From: an uncultured Gemmatimonadales bacterium
GTDB taxonomy: Bacteria > Gemmatimonadota > Gemmatimonadetes > Gemmatimonadales > Gemmatimonadaceae
Length of the DNA stretch: 64,000 nt
Assembly (NCBI GenBank): GCA_963793305.1
Contig: CAWBZV010000009.1
Span: forward strand, 22,048-86,047
Direction of reading: 5' to 3'
Shown here piece by piece: positions 32,077 to 43,218 of the stretch. The position numbers and the translations under genes are program-made. The notes under the pieces are model-generated. The model was not told where the DNA came from. It made no database searches and was given only the letters and a program-made list of their open reading frames with translations. Position 1 is the stretch's first letter, and each line of letters starts with the position of its first letter.

Positions 32077-32205
32077 TCGGAGCTTATTAAGCGCGCGCTC
32101 ATATTACAAACACGCGCACTCGATATGTCGCATTACGGCCGGTGTCTCACAATGTGATAACAACCGGCTTGCATCGTGACCCCAACATAGCAAACATTGT
32201 GGCCC

Positions 32206-33478
32206 ATGCAGAGCCCGCCAGGTCCCATCACTCGGGGCGAACACCTCGCGTTTCTCGAGGTGCTCGGGTCCATGCGCGCGAACGACGCGCGGTGGACGCC
32301 GACGATGGCGGGCTTTGTCACCGTTCGCCTCGTCGACAAGTGGGCCGAGGCGTTGCACGGATGGCTGGCCCCGCGGCCGAGTGAAGTCGCGGCGGTGCGC
32401 GATGCGATCGACAAGGTCGCGGCCGGCCCGACGCGCAACGCGCTGACCGCGATCGTCGATGCGATTACACAGTCCTGGGGGCGCCGACGATCCCAGGTGT
32501 CCGCGCGCGTGCTCTCGTATGCGGCCCTCCTGTCGGACGGCCGCGAGTGGGCGTTGTCGGCCGACATCTATCGGACGTTCCTCTCGCTCGCGTATCGAGA
32601 CCGAGCGCGATCTCGAGTGCCACGCCTGGCATCGCATCGGCTGGTGCGAGCTGTGGCTCGGCCACTATCCCGAGGCCGAGACCGCGTTGTCATTGGCGCG
32701 CACGCAGTCCGAAGAGCTGGGTGACCGCTACGTGGAGCTCGCCGCCGAGCACGGACTGGCGCTGCTCGCGCTCCACCGCGGCAACCTTCCGGCCGCCGAC
32801 GAGCGATTCGCCGCGGTGGTGACCTCGTGCGAGCAGCATCGGGCTCTGGTGCCGGCGCTGGCGGATGTGCTGGTCCTCGCGCTACACGATCAGGGCGTCG
32901 GAGCGATTTATCGTCGCGATTTCGATCGCGCGTTCGTGTTGCTGTCGCGGGCGTTGGATGAGGCGCGCACGCAGCAGCAGCGCGATCGCGTCCTGCTCGA
33001 TCTGGCGTTGGGGTTCATGGAGATGGGACTGCTGGACACGGCTCGCCAGGCGTACATGATCGTCGAGGTGACCGCGGACGATCCGACGCTGCGCTGGATC
33101 GCGTCGCTCAACTTGATGGATCTGGCGACGCGGACCGGCGCCGAGACGGTGTTCGAGCGTCACCGCCAGGCGGTGTCAAACGAACCGTTGACTCCGCGTC
33201 TCGCGGTCAACTACCACATCAATGTCGGCGAGGGGTATCGCCGGTTCGGCCGCGAACGGCAGGCGCGCCAGGCGTTCGACCGCGCCGTGGTGTTGGCGGA
33301 GCGCCACCAGTTGAACCGGGAATTACTGCAGGCCGAGGCCGCGCGAGATGCGGTTCAGCCACAGGCCACGCCGCAGAAGACGGAGCGAGCCGACGCAATC
33401 ACGTTGACCGACGCCACGATCCGTGCGCAGCAGGTGATCGAGCACCTGGGCGCCGAGCTGGCCGGCGCCGGAGTGTGA
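32206..33478 (+). CDS. TPR-repeat protein, ~420 aa (frameshift ~32592)
   Basis: Helical N-part in ORF 32197 frame continues into TPR helices (LGHYPEAETAL, HRGNLPAADERF, RRDFDRAFVLL, MGLLDTARQAY, FGRERQARQAF) in ORF 32459 frame. Confidence 0.75.
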
Positions 33479-33505
33479 CTCCAGCGCCGCCATTGAGGGG
33501 TCGCC

Positions 33506-33679
33506 TCAGCAACCGCCGCTGGTGGCGGCCACGCCGCCGCAGGCGGGATGGACCGCGGAAGTGGTCGTGTGGGTGGCCACGTGAGAGGCTGTGGCATCGG
33601 CTGGGGCAGTAGCTGAAGTACAGGCAGCGAGTGAAAGAGCAGCAATCGTAGCAAGCGCGAAGGAAAGACGACGGATCAT
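33506..33679 (-). CDS. 57-aa lipopeptide with C-terminal Cys-x9-Cys segment
   Basis: GGAG RBS 7 nt upstream. MIRRLSFALATIAALSLAAC-TSATAPADATASHVATHTTTSAVHPA-CGGVAATSGGC. Confidence 0.75.
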   Translation of the reverse strand: MIRRLSFALATIAALSLAACTSATAPADATASHVATHTTTSAVHPACGGVAATSGGC

Positions 33680-33790
33680 ACAGGGCTCCAGACAATGGGT
33701 GAAGGATCTCAACCTTCACTGTGCGACATCGACCAGCCGAGGTCAATGTCGTGCTGGGGCGTCGCGACCGCGTGCGCGGGCGCATTATAA

Positions 33791-34651
33791 ATGCCACATG
33801 AGACGCGTTTAAGAATCGTCTCGTTTCTGAGAGAGTTCTTATCCGCGTCGCTGCGTGTCGCGCTCGGCCCTCGACACGAGTTGCACGCCACGCACTCGGT
33901 TGACGAGCTCGACGACACGCTGCGCGTCATGGCCGCCGACATTGCGATCGTCGACCCGGAGTTCGCGAGTCAGGCGCTCCTCGAACTGTTAGCGGTTCTC
34001 GACAAGCACGTATCAGTGCACGTCGTCAGTTACACGACGGTGTCACCGGCGGCCATGCGCGCCCAGATGCAGTTCGCGCTGCGCGGGCATCGGCACCTCG
34101 TGCTCATGGGATTCGACGACGGGCCGGCGCAGTTCCGCACCTACCTGGAAGACCTGCGCGGCGACGCGCTCGGCGAGATTTTGTTGGCGCAGCTCCGCCC
34201 CGCGCTGGAGCGCCTGCCGACGCCAGTCTCGCGCGCGATAGAAGAGCTCTTTCGATCGCCCGCCACGGTCGAGAGCGTTCCAGCGCTCGCCCGGTTAGCC
34301 GGCGCACGCCACCGTCGACCCCTGCACGAAGCGTTGGCGCGCGCCGGCTGGCAGTCCGCCGGGACGCTCATTCGCGCCGCGCGGGTGGTGCGCGCGTACG
34401 CCTATCTCACGCAGGGCGACAACCGGGTACGCGACGTAGCCGTCAAGCTGGGTTACGCGACGTCGCGTGGGTTGGCCAACGAAGTCCGCGCCGTGTCGGG
34501 ATTGCTGCCCTCGTCGCTCGGCGCCCTCACGCCGCAAGCCTTTCTCGCCCGGGTCGTCGCGGGCCTCGTGCGGCCGCCCGTCTGGGCGCCTCGGACGCCG
34601 GCCAGCAGCCTGCCCCTGGAGCGCGTGGTCCCGGAGCGGTTCGCCGACTGA
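33791..34651 (+). CDS. AraC family regulator with atypical REC-like N-terminal domain
   Basis: DIAIVDP / VHVVSYT beta-strands. C-terminal double HTH SVPALARLAG..RVVRAYAYL..VRDVAVKLGY..LANEVRAVSGLLP. Confidence 0.75.
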   Translation: MPHETRLRIVSFLREFLSASLRVALGPRHELHATHSVDELDDTLRVMAADIAIVDPEFASQALLELLAVLDKHVSVHVVSYTTVSPAAMRAQMQFALRGHRHLVLMGFDDGPAQFRTYLEDLRGDALGEILLAQLRPALERLPTPVSRAIEELFRSPATVESVPALARLAGARHRRPLHEALARAGWQSAGTLIRAARVVRAYAYLTQGDNRVRDVAVKLGYATSRGLANEVRAVSGLLPSSLGALTPQAFLARVVAGLVRPPVWAPRTPASSLPLERVVPERFAD

Positions 34652-34675
34652 GGCCGGTCCACGTATTTTTCCAGT

Positions 34676-35981
34676 ATGACACTCTACGCCAGCCGCATTG
34701 CGGCTTTGGGAACCGAAAATGCTTTTCGCGTTGGCGATGACATCGCCCGCGTGACGCCGCAGCTTGCCGCGCGCGGCATAAATGTGATCCGACTGAACAT
34801 TGGCGAGCCGGATTTCGATAGCGCGCCGCACATCAACGATGCGGGATGCGCCGCGATTCATGCGGGGAAAACCCATTATACCGACCCTCAGGGAATCCCC
34901 GGTCTACGCGCCGCGATCGCGGCCCACGTGAAGCGGACCCGCGGCATCGCGGTCGATCCCGCGCAGGTCATCGTCACGACCGGCGGCAAGCCATCGATCG
35001 GCTTCACCATGCAGGCGTATGTCAATCCGGGCGACGAAGTGATCTACCCGAGCCCGGGGTTTCCTATATACGAGTCGTGGGTGACGTATGTCGGCGCCAA
35101 GGCCGTGCCGCTGCCGTTGCGCGAAGATCGAAATTTCATTTTTACCACCGACGATCTCGCCGAGCGGATCAGCACGAAGACCAAGGTCATCATCCTCTGC
35201 TCGCCGTCTAACCCGACCGGTGGTGTATTCGACAAAGGGGAGCTCGAACAGCTCGCGAAGTTGATCCGGCGCCGCTGCGGTCCTGAAGTCCGTATTTATT
35301 CGGACGAGATCTACGAAGACATCATCTTCGACGGACACACGCACCACAGCATCGCGTCAGAAGAGGGAATGGCCGAGCGCACGATCATCGCATCGGGCCA
35401 CTCGAAGGGCTTCGCGATGACGGGTTGGCGACTCGGTTGGGCGGTCTTGCCGACGGTCGACGAGGCGCAGGTCTTCAAGCAGCTGACGATCAACACGGTG
35501 TCGTGCGTTCCGCCCTTCATCCAAGAGGCGGGCCGCGTTGCGCTCGAGAGTCCGCTCTCCCCGCCGGTGGTGAAGAACATGGTGACGGCGTTCCAGGACC
35601 GGCGCGACAAGGTGGTGGCGGCGTTCAACCGGATCCCGGGGATCCAGTGTCAGTCGCCGAAGGGTGCGTTTTACCTCTTCCCGAACGTCGGGGGTCTCTG
35701 CCGTCGCTTCGGGCTCATTGACGACGAGGGCCGCGCCACGCCCACCGCCGAGCGTTTCGGTACGCCGGCGCGGGCTCTCCAGGCTTTCCTCCTGGAGCGC
35801 TACGGCGTCGCCACCATGGATCGTCACTCGTTCGGCCGCATTGGCGCGGATGGCCAGCATTTCCTCCGCGTCTCGATCGCCGCGAGCCTGGAGCGCCTTC
35901 TGGAGGCAACGGATCGCATTGCGCGCGCGGCGAAGGACACGGAGGGCTTCGCCGAGTTCGCCACGTCGATTAAATTAGTTC

Positions 35982-35989
<8 letters not shown>
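34676..35989 (+). CDS. Aspartate/class I aminotransferase
   Basis: [42 protein letters not shown]. Confidence 0.9.
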
Positions 35990-37170
<1,181 letters not shown>

Positions 37171-37190
<20 letters not shown>

Positions 37191-38353
37191 ACAGCACGGC
37201 GAACACGACGAGGATCACCGCCGCGAAGCCGGCGGGAATAAGCCAAATGGTGTGCCAGTCGTGACCCGTGGGTGTCGTGAACGCCTGCACAATGTTTCCC
37301 GATAGCCACCCGCCGATAAACAGCCCGGCGCCTTGGGTGATCAAGGCCAGAAACCCCTGCGCCGCTGCCCGTATCTGAATATCGGCTCGCTGGTCGACAT
37401 AGATCTGCCCGGTCACGAAAAAGAAGTCATAGCAGACGCCGTGCAGCAGGATGCCGGCGTACAACATCCACACGAGCGGCCCGGTGTTGCCGTATGCGAA
37501 GAACGCATATCGCAGCGCCCAGGCGGCCATGCCGATCAAGAGGATGCGCTTGACGCCGAGCCGGACGAGGAGCACCGGCAGGAGCAGCATGAAGCCGAGC
37601 TCGGACATCTGCCCGAAGCTCATTTTGCTCGCGGGTTCGCTGAGGCCGATCTCGTTCAGATAGAGGTTCGTGAACGCGTAATAGAACTGCAGCGGGATGC
37701 AGAGCAGAAACGACCCGACGATGAACGTGGCGAACGACCGATCGCCCAGCAGCTTGAGCGCATCGACCCCGAGGAACATCCCGGATGCGAAGCGCCTTGC
37801 CGGCCGCGTGCGGCGGCGTGTGCGGCAACAGGAACGAGTAGAGTCCGAGGACGATCGATGCGCCCGCCGCGATCTCGAGCGGCACAACGGTGGGCTCCAC
37901 GTGCAGCCGGCCCACGAGAAGCCCGGCGACGATCCAGCCGATCGTGCCCAGTGCGCGGACCGCGGGGAACTCTCGCGCCGGCTCTTGCATGTGGTCGAAT
38001 GACAGGGAGTTGGTGAGCGCCAGCGTCGGCATGTAGCAGAGCGCGTAGGCGACGAGCAGCGGGTAGAACGCGCCGAACGTGACGGCGCGCGACGCGGCGT
38101 ACATCAAGAGCCCGCCGGCAAGATGGAGCACGGCCAGCGCCCGCTCCGTCGCCAGGAAGCGGTCGGCGATCATCCCGACGAAGAACGGCGAGATCATCGC
38201 GGCGAGCGCCGTCGCGCCGTACGCGAGACCGATCTGGGTGCCCGAGAACTTGAGGGTCTGGCCCAGATACGTGCCCATGGTCACGAACCAGGCGCCCCAG
38301 ACGAAGTACTGCAAGAACATCATGGCCGAGAGCTTCACGCGGACGTTGCTCAT
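37171..38353 (-). CDS. Nucleoside:H+ symporter (NupG/XapB MFS) (frameshift ~37790)
   Basis: [25 protein letters not shown], then [23 protein letters not shown]. Confidence 0.88.
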
Positions 38354-38374
38354 GGGGCCATAAGATGCGCCGAA

Positions 38375-39061
38375 TCAGACCAGCCGGGAATCTCTCCGGT
38401 CGGTCGCGGCGCGGGTGGGCACAATAGACGCCGGCGTGGTCCGGCTGACGAGGTGTGGCGCTTGGCGCACGAACGTTTGCTCGACGAGCTGCGACGTGAT
38501 GAACGCTGCGGCGTCGATGCGCGAGATCGGGCTCGCCCGCACGGGGGCCTCGAGGACAGCGGCGTACGAGCCGGTATGCGGTCCGGCGGTCAGGCGCGCC
38601 GGACGCACGATGGTCCAGTCGAGCGGGCTCTCGCGCACGGCGGCCTCGCGCTCGCGGGCGTCGCGGCGGGCCCCGTGGCCAAGCACGGACCGGAAAAATC
38701 CGCCGGCCCCCTGGGCGTCGTGCTCATGGAGCGCCGCGTCGCTCACGTAGATGAGCCGCGCGGTGCCCGCATGCGTCATCGCGCGGATCACGACGCGGGT
38801 CCCGTAGAGCAACGGCACGGGCGAGCGATCCGCGGTTGGCCGGTTGGCGACGGCCCAGATGACCGCGTCCTGATCGTGCATCGCACGGTCGACGGCGCGC
38901 GCATCGTGCACGCTGCCGCCGAAGATCCGAATGGCAGGATCACCGGTAAGCAGTGGAGCGGGATGCCGGGTGTATGCGGTAACCGTGCAGTCGGCCGCGA
39001 GCGCTCTGGTCAGGAGCGCGCGGCCGAGGCGCCCGGAGGCGCCAAGGACGAGCACTTTCAT
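38375..39061 (-). CDS. NAD(P)H-binding (flavin reductase-like) oxidoreductase
   Basis: VLGASGRLG, LDWTIVRP, ISRIDAA. Confidence 0.85.
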   Translation of the reverse strand: MKVLVLGASGRLGRALLTRALAADCTVTAYTRHPAPLLTGDPAIRIFGGSVHDARAVDRAMHDQDAVIWAVANRPTADRSPVPLLYGTRVVIRAMTHAGTARLIYVSDAALHEHDAQGAGGFFRSVLGHGARRDAREREAAVRESPLDWTIVRPARLTAGPHTGSYAAVLEAPVRASPISRIDAAAFITSQLVEQTFVRQAPHLVSRTTPASIVPTRAATDRRDSRLV

Positions 39062-39110
39062 TGGATCAAGAGTGGCACGCAGGACAACGTGCCACCCGGT
39101 CAGCCGAGTA

Positions 39111-39377
39111 TCAACTCTGTTTCAGCTCAACTGTTCGATCGAGCGCGCCTTCCAGATAGACGCGCGTGAGCCCGCCGGCCCAATACGAGACATCTGTTCG
39201 GTTGGGTTGGATCGTCTCGCGCGCCGACGTGAGGACGGGGCCGCCGTCGTCTGGCTCAAATTCCAGCCACGCCTCCCAGCGGCCAATGTCGTCTTCCTTG
39301 CCGCAAACACGCGGGTAATACGCCACGCCGTCGCGCGAGACGATCGACTCGTTGAATCGAACAAACACCTCGGCCAT
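39111..39377 (-). CDS. Small hypothetical protein
   Basis: 88 aa, WEAWLEFEP..RETIQPNR..YWAGGL..YLEGALDR, protein-like. Confidence 0.65.
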   Translation of the reverse strand: MAEVFVRFNESIVSRDGVAYYPRVCGKEDDIGRWEAWLEFEPDDGGPVLTSARETIQPNRTDVSYWAGGLTRVYLEGALDRTVELKQS

Positions 39378-39410
39378 CGGGAGAGGAGACTCGCAACCCC
39401 CGCGCCATCC

Positions 39411-40121
39411 CTAGAAAGAAACCTGGAGATCCGACGTAAAGAGCCGATCTGTGGTGCGAAATCCCGGTGGCGGCAGGTTCGCGTAGTGGATGGCGTAGCC
39501 GATCTTGATCGCGAAGTGCCTCGAGAGCGGAGCGACCAGATCCGTCTCGGAGTTGATGCGGAAATCCTTCTCGTGCTCGAGATCCGGCAGGCCTTCAACG
39601 AATTGTTGAAAGTAGGCGTCCTTGGCGAAAGCAAACTTGTACGTGATCGCTCCACGCGCGTCGGCGTGCTGATCCATCGAGTCCGGCAGCAGCTTCTGCT
39701 CGGTGTACGCGAAACCAGCGTCGAGCTCGAGCGAATGCCGTTTCGGGAGGATCGGCGTGAACGCGAAGCCGCCGCCTTCCTGGAAGTCGTAGTCGATGCC
39801 GGCGAACGTGTTGCGCGCGAACCCCGCCAGCGCGTAGAGGCCGACGGTCTTGGTGAACGAGTACTGGTCGCGGACGCCAGCCGTCCAGATGTTGGTCTGC
39901 ACGACGTTCTTGTTCTGCCCGTACACGACCGTAAAGGTTTGATCGATCCGATTGACGGGACTCGTTCGGAGCGTCAACTGATCCGCGAAGTTGATGGTCG
40001 ACACCTGCGTATTGCCAGATGTGGCCACGTAGCCCAGGTCGCCGTGAAACACGACGAAATGGGTCGTATCCTGCGCCGTGATGGCGGTGGGGATCAGGAC
40101 GAGGAGGGCGAGTGCTCTCAC
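39411..40121 (-). CDS. DUF481 (YdiY-like) outer-membrane beta-barrel
   Basis: Signal peptide, GYVATSGNT, FAGID, terminal Phe (LQVSF). Confidence 0.8.
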   Translation of the reverse strand: MRALALLVLIPTAITAQDTTHFVVFHGDLGYVATSGNTQVSTINFADQLTLRTSPVNRIDQTFTVVYGQNKNVVQTNIWTAGVRDQYSFTKTVGLYALAGFARNTFAGIDYDFQEGGGFAFTPILPKRHSLELDAGFAYTEQKLLPDSMDQHADARGAITYKFAFAKDAYFQQFVEGLPDLEHEKDFRINSETDLVAPLSRHFAIKIGYAIHYANLPPPGFRTTDRLFTSDLQVSF

Positions 40122-40633
40122 AGGGCTTTCACCATCAGGTAGTCGGTTTGCATTTCGTTGCCGAGTCGAAAGGGAATGAGACCTGCATCGGTAAACCCGA
40201 TTTTTCGATAGAACGCGATAGCCCGGGGATTCTGATCCCACACCGTGAGCCATACGGTTCTGGCGCCACGCTCGGCCGCGGCTGCGCAGGTTGCGGTCAT
40301 GAGGCGCTGGGCGACGCCAAGACCGTGCCACGCGCGGTCGACGTAAAAGCGTTTGATTTCGAGCGCGTGAGCGTCACCGACGGCGGGCGGGACGATCTCG
40401 TGTGTCACTTGGGCGTACCCAATCAGGTCCAGCGCTTGCGCGACGAGGATGTACCCGCTCGGGTCTTCGATCTCCGCGCGCTGCACCTCCGGGGAAAACG
40501 CGCTGGCCAGGTGCATGGCCATGTTCTCCGCGGTATTGAACGCCGCGTAGGTCTCCCGAAAGGTCTTGGCGCCGAGCGTCGCCAGCGCTGCCGCGTCGTC
40601 CGCGACGGCGTATCGGATGGTCGCCTCGAGCAT
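40118..40633 (-). CDS. GNAT acetyltransferase (PaiA-like)
   Basis: TFRETY, EIKRFYV, WLTVWDQNPRAIAFYRKIGF. Confidence 0.88.
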   Translation of the reverse strand: MLEATIRYAVADDAAALATLGAKTFRETYAAFNTAENMAMHLASAFSPEVQRAEIEDPSGYILVAQALDLIGYAQVTHEIVPPAVGDAHALEIKRFYVDRAWHGLGVAQRLMTATCAAAAERGARTVWLTVWDQNPRAIAFYRKIGFTDAGLIPFRLGNEMQTDYLMVKAL

Positions 40634-40673
40634 GGGCTCGAAACTACGTCCGGTGGCGGTTCGTCTGCAGGGT

Positions 40674-41714
40674 ATGCAAGTCCTCGAGCAGACCCCGACG
40701 CTGGTCGTCTGTCACCAGAGCGCGAGCTATATGCGTGGGTTCGGGCTCCTCTTCGCGGGACTTGGCGCCGGAGCGCTCGTGCTCGTGACGCATGCCGACG
40801 CCTGGCACACGAGCGGATCGCCTTGGGTCGCCTACGTCGTCGGCATCGGGTTCGTGATCGCGGGTCTCCTGTTATTCTGCAAGGCCGAGGATGACCGGAT
40901 CGTGCTCGATGGCGCGGCGCATGTCGCGCGGATCATACGCCGAGGGATGTGGCGGCAGTCGACGACCGAGGTACCGTTCGCCAAGATCCAGGATGTCGCG
41001 CTGGAAGTCACGGCGATGCGCAACTCGGGGAACGAGAGCGGGAACCGCCTGACCTGGCGTCCCGTCTTCGTGTGCGAGAACAATAGCCGCGTGCCGTGGA
41101 CTCCGATGTCGACGAGCGACCGGATCTCGCAAGCGCGCGCGGTCGCCGCGGCGCGGGCCATAGGCGGGTGGAATGCGCTGCCGGTGGAGGGCTCCCCCGC
41201 GTTGGCGCGCGCCGTGACGGCGGTCACGAACATCGGGTGTCTCTACGCGTTCTGCGCCGTGTTCTTCGGGTTTCTGCTCCTGCTGATGGGGGTTCAGGTC
41301 GCGCCGCTGGCCACCTGGGTGCCGACGTCGGCGACCGTGGTGGCGTCTGGTGTCGGCACCGTGCAGAGGAGCAACGGCGGCGCGTCGTACCAGCCGACGG
41401 TGTCGTATCGGTACACGGTGGGCGGCACGCCGTACATCTCGAACCGCGTCTCGGTGATCACGGAGTCAGCGAGCAGAAAGTGGGCGCAGTCCGTCGTCGA
41501 CCGCTATCCGCAGGGCGCCTCGGTCACGGCATGGTATGATCCGAAGCATCCGGGGAGCGCGATTATCGACCACCACGTGGCGAGGATTCCCCTCATCATG
41601 ATGGGCATCGGGCTCGCGGTCGTGCTGCTGATGGTCATGGCGATCAAGCGCGCCCAGGCCCAAAGCCAAGCCGCGCTCGCGGGTGGCGACGTCCCGGTGG
41701 TCCCCGCGCGCTAG
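40674..41714 (+). CDS. DUF3592-domain membrane protein
   Basis: Four TMs, YQPTVSYRYTVGG..YPQGASVTAWYDPKHP. Confidence 0.75.
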   Translation: MQVLEQTPTLVVCHQSASYMRGFGLLFAGLGAGALVLVTHADAWHTSGSPWVAYVVGIGFVIAGLLLFCKAEDDRIVLDGAAHVARIIRRGMWRQSTTEVPFAKIQDVALEVTAMRNSGNESGNRLTWRPVFVCENNSRVPWTPMSTSDRISQARAVAAARAIGGWNALPVEGSPALARAVTAVTNIGCLYAFCAVFFGFLLLLMGVQVAPLATWVPTSATVVASGVGTVQRSNGGASYQPTVSYRYTVGGTPYISNRVSVITESASRKWAQSVVDRYPQGASVTAWYDPKHPGSAIIDHHVARIPLIMMGIGLAVVLLMVMAIKRAQAQSQAALAGGDVPVVPAR

Positions 41715-41766
41715 GACCGCTTGCGAGCGTCCTTGCGAGGCCGGTTGCTAGCCGTATGTTCCCTGT

Positions 41767-42159
41767 ATGACCCGCACCGGCGCCAACCTGCTGGTGGTCG
41801 ATGACGAGCCGGCGATCGCCCGGTCGCTGTCGTTGCTGTTTACGCGCCGCGGGCACCGGGTGATTGTGGCCCCGGGAGGTAACGCTGCCCTCGAAGTGAT
41901 GTCGCAGACGCACGTCGACTGCGTCGTGCTGGACTACCGGTTGCCGGATATTCGCGGGGACGCGCTCTACGCTTACATGGCGGCCCGCCAACCGGATCTC
42001 TCGGGCAGGGCCGTGTTCCTCACGGGTGATATTGTGCCGGATGTCCGCGCTGCCTTGGAGCGCACGGGTTGCCATGTTGTCGCTAAGCCATTCGAGCTGG
42101 CCGACTTAGTCGCCATCGTGGACCAGGTTCTCGCCGCGGGAGAGACGCGCGCGGGTTGA
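41767..42159 (+). CDS. Single-domain response regulator
   Basis: LLVVDDE, VLDYRLP, FLTGD, AKPF. Confidence 0.88.
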   Translation: MTRTGANLLVVDDEPAIARSLSLLFTRRGHRVIVAPGGNAALEVMSQTHVDCVVLDYRLPDIRGDALYAYMAARQPDLSGRAVFLTGDIVPDVRAALERTGCHVVAKPFELADLVAIVDQVLAAGETRAG

Positions 42160-42192
42160 CTGGAGGATCGTGCCCCGTTAGGCTGCGAATGA

Positions 42193-42810
42193 ATGGACGT
42201 TCAGTCAGCGGTCGACAAACGCGAAGCCATAGAGGACGCCGCTCTCGCGTTGTTCGTCGAACAGGGCTTCCATGGGACCACGGTACCTGAGATCGCGCGC
42301 CGGGCCGGGGTGGGCACCGGCACGCTCTATCTCTACCACTCGAGTAAAGACGAGCTGCTGAATGCGCTCCTCTTGCGGTGGTGCCGGACCTTGGCTGTCG
42401 GCCTCCAGGCCGCGACTCGCGGGGCCACCGCGCCCCGGGCCGTGTTCGCGGGGTTCTGGAAGGCCGCCGTCGACTTCAGCGAAGAGTACCCAGAGGCCTG
42501 GGCGTTCATGATGCAGTTCCACGACTCGCCCTACATCGCCGACGAAACCAGGCGGGAGATGGCGAGCATCAAAGCCCCGGTGGTCGCGATGTTCTACTCC
42601 GGGGTCGAACAGGGCGTGTTCAAGCCGCTCCCGCCCGAGCTCCTCCACGCGGTCTGTGTGGGCATCATGTCCGAGGTTCGCGCGCTCGCGGTGCTCGGCC
42701 AAACGACGATCACGGCGGAGCTGTGGCAGGCGGCGGAGGCGATGGCGTGGGAAGCGATTCAGTTGTCGAAAATCGAAGGTGTGAAACGTCAAGCATCCAG
42801 AGACCGTTAA
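42193..42810 (+). CDS. TetR family regulator
   Basis: GFHGTTVPEIARRAGVGTGTLYLYHSSKDEL. Confidence 0.9.
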   Translation: MDVQSAVDKREAIEDAALALFVEQGFHGTTVPEIARRAGVGTGTLYLYHSSKDELLNALLLRWCRTLAVGLQAATRGATAPRAVFAGFWKAAVDFSEEYPEAWAFMMQFHDSPYIADETRREMASIKAPVVAMFYSGVEQGVFKPLPPELLHAVCVGIMSEVRALAVLGQTTITAELWQAAEAMAWEAIQLSKIEGVKRQASRDR

Positions 42811-42833
42811 GTCCTTTACACTATCGACCGTCG

Positions 42834-43151
42834 ATGAGCGCTATGTCAGAGCATGAAGCTGCCCTCAAGGCCGCGATTCTGAGTGCGGCGGCCGGTCCAT
42901 GGGGCAATCTGTCCCGCGTTGAGCGCGCCGTGAGGCGCTTTGCGCGCGCGGGACGGCAGCAGGGACTGCCGCCGGAGCGCATGCTGATCCGGCTCAAGGA
43001 GCTGAGTCGGCCCGCCGTCCAGCCACTGCTCGCGACCGAGCGTCGCGCGTGGGCGCTGCACGTGCTGTCGGCCGCGGTGAACGCGGCAGTGGCCAGCGTG
43101 TTCGTCGAGACCGAGCGGGTGGCGACACCGCCTGTCGCGGCGCCGTCGTGA
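42834..43151 (+). CDS. Small hypothetical helical protein (GxPPExxLxxLK motif)
   Basis: RQQGLPPERMLIRLKEL, similar to the 17709-18053 product. Confidence 0.6.
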   Translation: MSAMSEHEAALKAAILSAAAGPWGNLSRVERAVRRFARAGRQQGLPPERMLIRLKELSRPAVQPLLATERRAWALHVLSAAVNAAVASVFVETERVATPPVAAPS

Positions 43152-43218
43152 AGTGAATACCGAACCGCTGCCGCGCACTAGGGCGGCGCGTGACGCACGA
43201 GGGGTATGCTAATATCCC

